A stretch of DNA of 33,748 bases from Lentisphaeria bacterium (GTDB taxonomy: Bacteria > Verrucomicrobiota > Lentisphaeria > Victivallales > UBA1829): positions 1 through 33,748 of the forward strand of contig JAFYBD010000096.1 in NCBI GenBank assembly GCA_017540385.1, in the 5' to 3' direction. Made by a program: the position numbers and the translations under genes. Positions 9,750-17,169 of the stretch are shown here, piece by piece (the first letter of the stretch is position 1; each line of letters opens with the position of its first letter). The notes beneath the pieces were generated by a model. It ran no database searches. It had not been told where the DNA came from and saw nothing but the letters and a program-made list of their open reading frames with translations.

Positions 9750-10196
9750 TCACTTCTTGGCTTTTCCGCCGTCGGCCGCGGCAGCAGCGGCTGCAGCCTT
9801 GTCGGAAGCGGCGGTACGGCGCTGCGTCTTGTCACGGATTGCGCCGACGGTAACGCGTTTGCCTTTGCGGGTACGGGCGTTGGTGCGCGTACGCTGGCCG
9901 CGAGTCGGGAGACCTTTCTTGTGACGGAGGCCGCGATAGCATCCGATGGCCTGGAGACGGCGGATGTTGATCATGATCTCACGGCGGAGGTCGCCTTCCA
10001 CCGTGTAGTCGTTCTGGAGGAGGTTGGTGATTGCCGAAATGTTTTCGTCGGAAAGCTGGCTGGCTTTCAGGTTCGGGTCGATGTTGGCCTTGACAATGAT
10101 CTCTTCCGCGATCGCGGGACCAATGCCGTAAATGGTCTGCAGCGCGTACTTCACGCGCTTGTTCATCGGGATGTCTACACCTAAAATTCTGGGCAT
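9750..10196 (-). CDS. rpsM: 30S ribosomal protein S13
   Basis: [33 protein letters not shown]...[26 protein letters not shown]. Confidence 0.95.
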   Translation of the reverse strand: MPRILGVDIPMNKRVKYALQTIYGIGPAIAEEIIVKANIDPNLKASQLSDENISAITNLLQNDYTVEGDLRREIMINIRRLQAIGCYRGLRHKKGLPTRGQRTRTNARTRKGKRVTVGAIRDKTQRRTAASDKAAAAAAAADGGKAKK

Positions 10197-10214
10197 GGTG
10201 GGTTGTCTCCGTGC

Positions 10215-10331
10215 TTAACCTTGTTTCTGTTTGTGGCGGGGGTTGCGGGAGCAGACCACGCGGACCACGCCTTTGCGCTTGATGATCTGGCAGTTTTCAC
10301 ATCTGCGCTTGATGGACGAAGTGACTTTCAT
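10215..10331 (-). CDS. rpmJ: 50S ribosomal protein L36 (not in the supplied ORF track)
   Basis: My hand translation of the minus strand gives [38 protein letters not shown] (38 aa, zinc-ribbon Cys pattern, TAA stop). It lies 18 nt upstream of rpsM. Confidence 0.9.
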   Translation of the reverse strand: MKVTSSIKRRCENCQIIKRKGVVRVVCSRNPRHKQKQG

Positions 10332-10479
10332 TTTCGTACTCCGAGTTGTCGTATATAGTTCGAAACCATAGCAAAGCGTCCCGGAGGTCATGCTCCGGTA
10401 GCGTCTGCCACACTGACGGGCTGTATGCTGGAATGTACGGCAATCACCACAATTTGCCGCGATTCATACAGGAGCTATT

Positions 10480-10508
10480 ACTATACCACCCTTTTCCGGC
10501 TTTGTCAA
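10480..10508 (-). promoter_or_regulatory. near-consensus sigma70-type promoter of the rpmJ-rplQ operon
   Basis: Minus strand reads TTGACA (10508-10503), 17 nt, TATAGT (10485-10480), with an A/T-rich tract upstream. This would leave a leader of about 140 nt before rpmJ. Confidence 0.6.
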
Positions 10509-10632
10509 CCCCGCACCCCTTTTTTTCGGTTTTTTTTCAGTATTTTTAGATTAAATCCGAAACTATTCGGAGATTGAATGTATTTTTGGCCGGAGCCGAT
10601 GGCTGGCTGGACAACCGCGTCCGAACCAGTTT

Positions 10633-10908
10633 TCAGAACAAATCGCTGTGGGAACCGGTACGAAACAGCGTCAGCACAAGAACGCCTTCGTCGAGGTCAT
10701 AGATAAGAAGCAGGTCGGGGCGGACGTGACATTCATGAAGCCCGGCATATCGCCCCGACAGCACATGGTCACGATACTCCGGCGGCAGTGTGACGCCAGC
10801 AGACAGCAGCCGGATGACATTGTCGAGCGCCTGAATGTCTTCGCCTCGCTTCATGAGGAGCTTGTACTCCTTTTTGAATCGCGAGGTCCATTTGATCGTG
10901 TATTTCAT
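10633..10908 (-). CDS. yafQ: YafQ-like (RelE/ParE superfamily) type II toxin
   Basis: 91 aa, MKYTIKWTSRFKKEYK...YRDHVLSGRYAGLHECHVRPDLLLIY...FRTGSHSDLF, closely parallels E. coli YafQ (YKDHPLQG...HVEPDWILIY...RTGTHAALF). ATGA overlap with the antitoxin. The 289-aa track ORF is an upstream run-on. Confidence 0.85.
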   Translation of the reverse strand: MKYTIKWTSRFKKEYKLLMKRGEDIQALDNVIRLLSAGVTLPPEYRDHVLSGRYAGLHECHVRPDLLLIYDLDEGVLVLTLFRTGSHSDLF

Positions 10909-11177
10909 GATTTGAGCGCCCGAAGAGCTTCCTCGACGTCGGTGTAACCCTTGATCTTCGGGTCGTGCGCGATCTTCCGGGCTTCCTGCAGTGCCGAATA
11001 GTCGTCCGCGCCGGAAACGTCCTCCGTTATGGCGAACGGGATACCGCGCACGCGAAGCGCCTGCTTCACGAAGATGCTGAACGCCGTCGAGATGTTCATC
11101 CCGAGGTTGCTGAAGAGTTCGTCGGCCTGTTTCTTGGTTTCGGTGTCGATCCTGATGCACAAATTGGTCGTTGCCAT
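10905..11177 (-). CDS. dinJ: DinJ/RelB-type antitoxin
   Basis: MATTNLCIRIDTETKKQADELFSNLGMNISTAFSIFVKQAL is a DinJ-like RHH N-terminus. GGAGG lies 5-6 nt upstream of the ATG at 11177. The track start at 11198 lies upstream of that RBS. Confidence 0.85.
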   Translation of the reverse strand: MATTNLCIRIDTETKKQADELFSNLGMNISTAFSIFVKQALRVRGIPFAITEDVSGADDYSALQEARKIAHDPKIKGYTDVEEALRALKS

Positions 11178-11196
11178 AAAAACCTCCTGAGTTGTC

Positions 11197-11264
11197 ATTG
11201 CAATATAGCACGGTTTCCATGAATTGCAAATGATTTTCTATGCAATGCAAGAAAAAATGGAAAC
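11197..11264 (-). promoter_or_regulatory. putative dinJ-yafQ promoter and operator region
   Basis: Extended -10 TGCTATATT (minus strand, 11210-11202). Palindrome ATTGCAAT (11197-11204) plus further TGCAA repeats at 11222-11250. 8-bp inverted repeat GTTTCCAT (11213-11220) / ATGGAAAC (11257-11264). Confidence 0.45.
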
Positions 11265-12097
11265 TAATACCCTCGTTGGAGCCGAACCAAACCGAAAACC
11301 GCATGGACGGCCGCGTAATAGGGAAGAAGTATCGTATCCGCTGCGAATGCCGGCGGGAGCGCGAGGATCCGGAAACACCAGCCGAACGGCCCAGCTTCCC
11401 GTTCGCCGAGTTTCTGAATGACGGCCTCCCCGTCGAGCGGGTTGAGATAGGCGTCGAAGTCGGTGCTGCTGCGGCCCGTGACCACCGTGTAACGGCTGCC
11501 ATTCTGGGCGCAGGGTATCAGGAGGAAGAGCGTCGTGATACTGGAGTTTCGGTCGCGGACCGTAATGACGAAGGGTTCGGAGAGGATCGGCAGGTCCTCC
11601 GGGCGGACGCGCAGACGAAGTGTTTCCCCGTCGGCGATCCAGCGTTCATTCTGAGCCGGTTCCGGCGCGTCGCCGATGCGTTCCGCCGGGTTGTCCTGGA
11701 AACACGGGAGATACGTCTTGTACCAGTCCACCTTCCAAACCGGTTTGGCGTCGGGGGCTTCTTCCACCTCCAGATAGAAGCGGACGAGATCGGACGGCAG
11801 CGGGTCCAATGGGAAGCGTTTCTCGTAAGCGTCGGAAATGGTCCATGCGGGGTAATGGTGGGACAATGAGCCGTGGCCGTAGAACGGCAGATAATTGTAT
11901 GCGGTCTTCATCTTCGCGGAGGCGACGATCGCGTCCTTTTCGGGCGACAGCTCCCAGTGATACCCGGCGCGGGAGACCGTGGTGGTCCCGACGTACTTCC
12001 ACGTCTCGGCGCAGAAACACCCGGTGCAGCAGATACCGACCGCCATAACAAATACGGCGAAGAGGAGATTGCGGATGAGGGGCATTCCAGCGGTCAT
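11264..12097 (-). CDS. membrane-anchored protein of unknown function, paralog 1 (YceK/YidQ-like C-terminal motif)
   Basis: 277 aa. N-terminal anchor ending CTGCF. Shares LVRFYLxVE, GETLRLRxxPxDLPxLSE and GWCxxxLxxPxAxxADxxxLPxY with the upstream gene. ATGA overlap at 12094-12097. Confidence 0.7.
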   Translation of the reverse strand: MTAGMPLIRNLLFAVFVMAVGICCTGCFCAETWKYVGTTTVSRAGYHWELSPEKDAIVASAKMKTAYNYLPFYGHGSLSHHYPAWTISDAYEKRFPLDPLPSDLVRFYLEVEEAPDAKPVWKVDWYKTYLPCFQDNPAERIGDAPEPAQNERWIADGETLRLRVRPEDLPILSEPFVITVRDRNSSITTLFLLIPCAQNGSRYTVVTGRSSTDFDAYLNPLDGEAVIQKLGEREAGPFGWCFRILALPPAFAADTILLPYYAAVHAVFGLVRLQRGY

Positions 12098-12966
12098 GGT
12101 TCATTCATCAGGACGGCGGGTTGGATCAGGTACACCGGCAGGGAGACGATGTCCGCGACGACGGCCGCGGGCATCCAGAGGACTTTCCAGCACCAGCCGA
12201 AGAACCCGGTCGAGCCCGAATCCATGGCGTCTTTCCAGAAGAAGATGTCGTGGAACTCCTCCCCACGATAGGCCAGCATCTCGTAGCGGCCTTCTTCGTG
12301 CGCGACCGGACAGGCCAGGAGAAGAGCGCTCAACTCCGGCAGCTCGTTTCCCATCCGGCTGGGAAGCCGCAGGAGGACGTTCGGGCGTTCGGAAAGAAGC
12401 GGCAGGTCGCCCGGGTGGATCCGCAGCCGGAGGGTCTCGCCCGGATTCACATAAAAGCGGGACCAGCCGGCGTCGGTGATGTTGTCCGCCGGGGCGGCGC
12501 CGGCCTCGACGCGTTCCACAAGCGCCTCGAAATACGGGGTCATGTCGTCTTCGGGCAGGGAGAGCGGGGCGGTCGGGTCGGGCTCGACGACCAGGTAAAA
12601 CCGGACCAGGTTCTCGCGATACGGCCTGGGGTCCTGCCGCCAGTGGTCTGGCGTGAGGGCGTCGAGGGAAACGCGTTTCTCCACGGTCTTGTACGTATTC
12701 CATGTGTACTTGGAATGGCCGCGGTTGTTGTCGATGCAATGGATCAGCGGCCAGCAGTAATGCGCCGTCTTCTGCCTGCCGGAAAAGACGATCCCGTCTC
12801 CGTCCGGGGTGAGCGCAAACCGCATGTTGTACTCGGGGAGAATGACCTCCGTCTTGCCCAGGTCGTCCCAGGTCCCGTGCGAGAAACACCCGGTGCAGAA
12901 GACAACGACCGCCACGACGACCGCAGCGAACAAAAAGTTGAGGACGAAAGCGATTTTACGAATCAT
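12094..12966 (-). CDS. membrane-anchored protein of unknown function, paralog 2
   Basis: Paralog of 11264-12097 (see motifs there). The ATG at 12966 (MIRKIAFVLNFLFAAVVVAVVVFCTGCF) is preferred over 13014, which would overlap the upstream gene by 26 nt. Confidence 0.7.
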   Translation of the reverse strand: MIRKIAFVLNFLFAAVVVAVVVFCTGCFSHGTWDDLGKTEVILPEYNMRFALTPDGDGIVFSGRQKTAHYCWPLIHCIDNNRGHSKYTWNTYKTVEKRVSLDALTPDHWRQDPRPYRENLVRFYLVVEPDPTAPLSLPEDDMTPYFEALVERVEAGAAPADNITDAGWSRFYVNPGETLRLRIHPGDLPLLSERPNVLLRLPSRMGNELPELSALLLACPVAHEEGRYEMLAYRGEEFHDIFFWKDAMDSGSTGFFGWCWKVLWMPAAVVADIVSLPVYLIQPAVLMNEP

Positions 12967-12988
12967 TTCATTGCTCCGACCGGGAAAC

Positions 12989-13648
12989 CTACAGGATTTC
13001 CACGGTGTTTTCAAACTGTTGAGGATGCTCTTTAAAAAACAGGCAGCCAGGTGAAATCAGATTCACCCTGCGTCTGAGCAAGACCGTAAGCTCATCTATA
13101 AGCTTTTCCCTGTCAAATGCTGAAAAATGCTCGGGGGGTTCAAAAAAGAAATCAAAATCCGAATCGTAAGTCTCCGCTCGACAGGCGATCTCGCCAAAAA
13201 CCTTGAGCGTTTTTATGTGGAAGCGTCCGGCTATTTCCCGGATCTCCGCCTGATGGCGAAGCAAAAAGTCAAGAGCGTGTTCCTGAGACTGATCAAAATG
13301 TTGCTTAGCGCTCTGAAACTCGGGAATATCCTTGATCTGCTTCAAAGCTTGGGGCACGTCTTCCTCGACGATCGACCAGACGACGTCCAAATCGATCCCG
13401 AAATAGTGATGCGTGAGCAAATCACGGAATTTCGCCATGTACGACCAGTCGATGTCAGGATACTTTTCCAGGAAGCCAGGGGATAAATTCTTGACGGCCT
13501 CCCCGAGGATTTCGAACTTGCGCTCGACCGCATCCTGCTGCATTTTCTCCGCGAAAAACGCCGCCTGTCCAGCTGAAGTGTAGGAAACGATGTCGTTCAA
13601 CGCTTCGTAAATATGCAGAAGAAACGTACCGTCTGAGCGGGATTTCAT
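12989..13648 (-). CDS. hepT: HepT (DUF86/HEPN) toxin fused in frame to a C-terminal degenerate MNT-like nucleotidyltransferase domain
   Basis: 219 aa from the ATG at 13648 (ATGA overlap with the MNT stop). HEPN motif RDLLTHHY (Rx4HxY) at aa 75-82. Residues about 125-219 read LLRHQAEIREIAGRFHIKTLKVFGEIACRAETYDSDFDFFFE...LLRRRVNLIS, a minimal NTase pattern with GE-x10-DFD in place of GS-x10-DxD. Confidence 0.7.
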   Translation of the reverse strand: MKSRSDGTFLLHIYEALNDIVSYTSAGQAAFFAEKMQQDAVERKFEILGEAVKNLSPGFLEKYPDIDWSYMAKFRDLLTHHYFGIDLDVVWSIVEEDVPQALKQIKDIPEFQSAKQHFDQSQEHALDFLLRHQAEIREIAGRFHIKTLKVFGEIACRAETYDSDFDFFFEPPEHFSAFDREKLIDELTVLLRRRVNLISPGCLFFKEHPQQFENTVEIL

Positions 13649-13935
13649 AGCAGGACGGCCTCCGACAGGACAGTGTTTCGGATGAACGGGCTGAGTCCGT
13701 TTTTGGAAACGACGTCGACGCCACACCCCAGGAGCTTTTCAAAACCGTCCTGAAGCCCGAGCAGGTCGCGATAGGAAACGCCTTTCTGAAGTTCGACCAG
13801 GAAATCCACGTCGCTGTCGGGGGTCTCTTCCCCACGGGCGCAGGAACCGAACACATAAACCTTTTCGGCTTTGTGTTTTCTGGCGATCTCGTAGATCTCG
13901 TTCCGCATGCTGCGGAGTCTGTCGAGCTGGCACAT
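13645..13935 (-). CDS. mntA: MNT-type minimal nucleotidyltransferase antitoxin
   Basis: 96 aa. VYVFGSCARGEETPDSDVDFLVE (GS-x10-DxD) ...LLGCGVDVVS. Confidence 0.85.
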   Translation of the reverse strand: MCQLDRLRSMRNEIYEIARKHKAEKVYVFGSCARGEETPDSDVDFLVELQKGVSYRDLLGLQDGFEKLLGCGVDVVSKNGLSPFIRNTVLSEAVLL

Positions 13936-13983
13936 GGTCTGTCTCCCGCGTGAAAAAAGGGCGTTTTCCGATGAAACATCTAT

Positions 13984-14012
13984 AATCTACGCCCGATTTT
14001 GGAAAAAGTCAA
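13984..14012 (-). promoter_or_regulatory. putative promoter of the MNT-HepT operon
   Basis: Minus strand reads TTGACT (14012-14007), 17 nt, TAGATT (13989-13984), followed by ATAG. This is about 50 nt upstream of the ATG at 13935. Confidence 0.45.
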
Positions 14013-14148
14013 ATCCGTTTCGGAAAACAGGCGGTCTTTTTTGAACTACGGCCGCCGCATGATCGCCGTTCAAGCCCCGCCCCGGTACATCCTCCCCCAT
14101 TCGTTTCGTCTCTTTTTCGCGGATTTCGCTTTTATTTCATAGAAAACG

Positions 14149-14157
14149 TGGTATATT
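14149..14157 (+). promoter_or_regulatory. putative extended -10 element upstream of hisG
   Basis: TGGTATATT at 14149-14157, about 45 nt upstream of the hisG ATG. I see no good -35. Confidence 0.35.
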
Positions 14158-14201
14158 ATATTTTCCGCAAAATGAAAATCAACCATAGAGGAGTCCCTGC
14201 T

Positions 14202-15092
14202 ATGCTCGAAAATAAAGATGACAAACTGATCCTCGGTCTTCCGAAAGGAAGCCTGGAAGCCGCCACGACCGATCTTTTTGCGAAGGCCGGCTACAAGATC
14301 GAGATCAGTTCGCGTTCGCTGTACCCCACGATCAACGATCCCGAGATCGAGTGCATGCTGCTGCGTGCGCAGGAGATGGCGATGTTCGTGGAGGAGGAGA
14401 TGCTGGACTGCGGCCTGACCGGGTTCGACTGGATCCAGGAGACCGGGGCGGACGTCGTCGAGGTCTGCGAGCTCGTGTACGGCAAAGTCGGGCGCAATCC
14501 CCTGCGCTGGGTCCTGGCCGTGCCGGAAGACTCCGACATCAAGTGCGCCGCCGACCTGGAGGGCAAACGCATCGCGACCGAGGCCGTCGGCATGACGAAA
14601 CGTTATCTCGAGGCCAACCACGTGAAGAACGTCCGCGTGGACTTCTCCTGGGGCGCGACCGAGGTGAAGCCGCCGCATTTCGCCGACGCCATCGTGGAGA
14701 TCACGGAGACCGGCAGCAGCCTGCGCGCGAACCGCCTGAAGATCATCGACACGCTCTGCACCACGACCACGCGTTTCATCGCGAACAAGAAGGCCATGGC
14801 GAACCCGTTCAAGGCCGCGAAGATCAACCGCATCGCCATGCTCCTGAAGGCCGTCCTGAACGCCGAGGGCAAGGTCGGGCTCATGCTGAACGTGCAGGAG
14901 AAGGACCTCGAAAACATCCTGAAGAAGCTCCCCGCGCTCCAGCGTCCCACCGTGTCCCCGCTCTCCGAAAAGGGCTGGTTCGCGCTGAACACCATCATGG
15001 ACGAGATGGTCGTCCGCGACCTCATCCCGCAGCTGAAGGAGCTGAACGCCACCGGCATCGTCGAATTCCCGCTGAGCAAGCTGGTCGACTGA
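14202..15092 (+). CDS. hisG: ATP phosphoribosyltransferase, long form
   Basis: LILGLPKGSLEAATTDLFAKAGY, GKRIATE...YL, DAIVEITETGSSLRANRLK, and a C-terminal regulatory domain. AGAGGAG RBS lies 9 nt upstream of the ATG at 14202. Confidence 0.9.
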   Translation: MLENKDDKLILGLPKGSLEAATTDLFAKAGYKIEISSRSLYPTINDPEIECMLLRAQEMAMFVEEEMLDCGLTGFDWIQETGADVVEVCELVYGKVGRNPLRWVLAVPEDSDIKCAADLEGKRIATEAVGMTKRYLEANHVKNVRVDFSWGATEVKPPHFADAIVEITETGSSLRANRLKIIDTLCTTTTRFIANKKAMANPFKAAKINRIAMLLKAVLNAEGKVGLMLNVQEKDLENILKKLPALQRPTVSPLSEKGWFALNTIMDEMVVRDLIPQLKELNATGIVEFPLSKLVD

Positions 15093-15185
15093 TCCCGGCC
15101 GGATCCGTCCCGGAGCGACGCGCCGTTTTCCCCGGGACGCCATCTCCCCCACCGTACCTCAATTCATGCAATCATAGGACACGGC

Positions 15186-16697
15186 ATGGACCGATTTGCG
15201 AGAATGATTCAGGAAGCGCCGGGCGTGGTGCGGTTTCTGGGCGCGATCCTGCTGGCGCAGCTGATCGTGTGGACGCTCGTCCCGGACCTGCTCTATTCGA
15301 TCCTGCCGCTGGACGCGCTTGAAGCGCTTGCCTGGGGAAGCGGGTTTTCGCTCGGCAATGCGAAGCATCCGCCCCTGACCGGGTGGATCGCGGGCGTCAC
15401 GGCCGTCCTGACCGGCCACGCCGACTGGCCGATCTATCTGCTGAGCCAGCTCTGCACCGTCGGCGGCGCGGTCTGCATCTACCTGCTGGCACGCGAATTC
15501 GCCGGGCGCACGGAATCCGCCCTGGCCGCCCTGACTCCGCAGTTCATCCTCTACTACACGGTCACCTCGCCGGAGTTCAACGTGAACATGCCGCTCCTGC
15601 TGCTGTGGCCGCTGGCGGCGCTGTTCTTCGTGCGCGCCTGCAAACGCGACCGGTTCCGCGACTGGATCCTGCTGGGCGTGACCTGCGGACTGTGTTTCCT
15701 CTGCAAATACTATTCCGCGCTCCTCTACAGCGCGTTCGCAGTGTACCTGCTGATCGCGCCCGAACGCCGCCGTCTGCTCCTGCACGCCGGACCGTGGATG
15801 GCCGCCGGGGCGTTCGCCGTGGTGATCCTGCCGCACGCCATGTGGGCGGTTTCCGGCGGGCTCGCGATGATGGAGGCCTACGTGGAGAAACGCATGGCGT
15901 TCGCTCCCGACGCGACATGGTTCCACCGGCACATTCAGGGCGTGCTGATCGTCCTCGCGAACGCCGCGCTGGTCTACCTGATCCCGTTTCTGGCGTTCCA
16001 GCTGGCGAAACGCTCCCGCCCGCGCATCCCGTCCGAATCCGACCGGAGGGAAGCGGCGCTCTTCGCGGCCGTGATGACCGGCGTGCCGCTCGTGATCGTC
16101 TGCTGCATCGGGCTCTCGGGCAAAGCGATGCGCACGATGTGGCTCACCCCGCTCTTCTTTCCCGCCGGGATCCTGCTGAACGCGCTCTTCCCGCGCGAAT
16201 GGACGGCGCGCCAGCTGAAATGGTTCTGCACGGAGACCGTGATCTTCTTCCTCCTCTCCGTGACCGGCGTCGCGGTGGGCGGCATGGTGCATCCATCGCA
16301 CCGCAAACACTTCCCCGCCAGGGAATTCACCGCACAGATCGAATCCATCTACCGCGAACAGACAGGCGAGCCCCTGCGGATCGTCTTCGGCGACGCCTGG
16401 GCCGCGGGGATGTTCCGCCACTATCTGCCCGGCCACCCGCAAGGCTGCATCCGTCGGAATCCGTGCGAGGTCCAGCGGCTCGGCCCCATGCTGCGCGAAT
16501 TCGGCGGCGTGGCGGTGAGCGACGACCCGGACGATATCGACTCCGCGCTGGAGCTGTCCGGCAACCCGCCCGACACGCCCCGTACCACGTTCGAGATCGA
16601 GAGCCGCACGCTCTTCGGGAAACACCGTGTCCGGAAGATGATCGTGGCGATCCTGACCCCGGAAGCGAAAACGCGGACGGATGCGGTTCAGCGGTAG
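15186..16697 (+). CDS. ArnT/PMT-family (GT39/GT83-like) membrane glycosyltransferase
   Basis: 503 aa and polytopic. The N-terminal loop motif DALEALAWGSGFSLGNAKHPPLTGW is typical of PMT_2/ArnT-like GT-C enzymes. Confidence 0.7.
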   Translation: MDRFARMIQEAPGVVRFLGAILLAQLIVWTLVPDLLYSILPLDALEALAWGSGFSLGNAKHPPLTGWIAGVTAVLTGHADWPIYLLSQLCTVGGAVCIYLLAREFAGRTESALAALTPQFILYYTVTSPEFNVNMPLLLLWPLAALFFVRACKRDRFRDWILLGVTCGLCFLCKYYSALLYSAFAVYLLIAPERRRLLLHAGPWMAAGAFAVVILPHAMWAVSGGLAMMEAYVEKRMAFAPDATWFHRHIQGVLIVLANAALVYLIPFLAFQLAKRSRPRIPSESDRREAALFAAVMTGVPLVIVCCIGLSGKAMRTMWLTPLFFPAGILLNALFPREWTARQLKWFCTETVIFFLLSVTGVAVGGMVHPSHRKHFPAREFTAQIESIYREQTGEPLRIVFGDAWAAGMFRHYLPGHPQGCIRRNPCEVQRLGPMLREFGGVAVSDDPDDIDSALELSGNPPDTPRTTFEIESRTLFGKHRVRKMIVAILTPEAKTRTDAVQR

Positions 16698-16951
16698 ATT
16701 TGACGGCGGTGCCCGACTTTCAGCGCGAGGACGACGAGGCGTTCGTCCTGAATGAGGCAGATGACGCGGTAATCCTCGATCCGGTACCGCCAGAGTCCCG
16801 CGAGATTCGAGGTCAGATCCTTGCCGAAACGGCGCGGATCGAGTTCGGTTTCGATCCTTTCCTTGAGGAACACCAGAATCTTCCGTCTGATCTCCGGTGC
16901 GAGCTTGCGGAGTTACCTTGCCGCGCGTTCGTCGAATTCAACGCGCCACAT
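16688..16951 (-). pseudogene. relE: RelE-family toxin interrupted by an in-frame TAA at codon 13
   Basis: My hand translation from the ATG at 16951 gives MWRVEFDERAAR*LRKLAPEIRRKILVFLKERIE...GLWRYRIEDYRVICLIQDERLVVLALKVGHRRQIY. Compare E. coli RelE FDERALKEWRKL. The TAA at 16913-16915 replaces the position of Glu. The track ORF (16688-16873) is the GTG-started remainder. Confidence 0.8.
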
Positions 16952-17150
16952 CGGGTTCACTCATCAGTTCGTCCAGGGAGACGGTCTTGTCAAGCGTCCT
17001 GAACCGCTCCTCGGCCAGATAAATGTCCTCCATCTCCTCCAGATGTTCTTCCAGCGCCTGGCGGATGTAGAAGGACTTCGTCCGCCCGGTTTTCCGCGAG
17101 AGAACGTTCAGACGTTTTTCCATTTCCTGTGGCAAACGCACCGCGACCAT
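16938..17150 (-). CDS. relB: ribbon-helix-helix (CopG/RelB-type) antitoxin
   Basis: MVAVRLPQEMEKRLNVLSRKTGRTKSFYIRQALEEHLEEMED. GGAG lies 7 nt upstream of the ATG at 17150. Overlaps the toxin start by 14 nt. Confidence 0.8.
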   Translation of the reverse strand: MVAVRLPQEMEKRLNVLSRKTGRTKSFYIRQALEEHLEEMEDIYLAEERFRTLDKTVSLDELMSEPDVAR

Positions 17151-17169
17151 GATGTCATCTCCGTGTGTT

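Noticed and set aside
10633-11502. 289-aa ORF in the track.
   Set aside because: Only the C-terminal 91 aa (the YafQ-like toxin, starting at 10908) look like a real protein. The upstream part runs out of frame across the dinJ gene, its promoter and the end of the upstream paralog gene.
12989-13275. Reading the C-terminal NTase-like part of the HepT ORF as a separate gene.
   Set aside because: Not fully rejected. There is no ATG and no stop between the HEPN domain and this segment, so the sequence as given encodes a fusion. An internal GTG or TTG start cannot be excluded without data, and this is noted in the finding.
15486-15502. Sigma-54-like promoter CTGGCACGCGAATTCGC, looked for because rpoN is in the window.
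   Set aside because: It lies inside the glycosyltransferase coding region. The -12 element is TTCGC rather than TTGC(A/T). No other TGGCAC-N5-TTGC match was found by eye on either strand.
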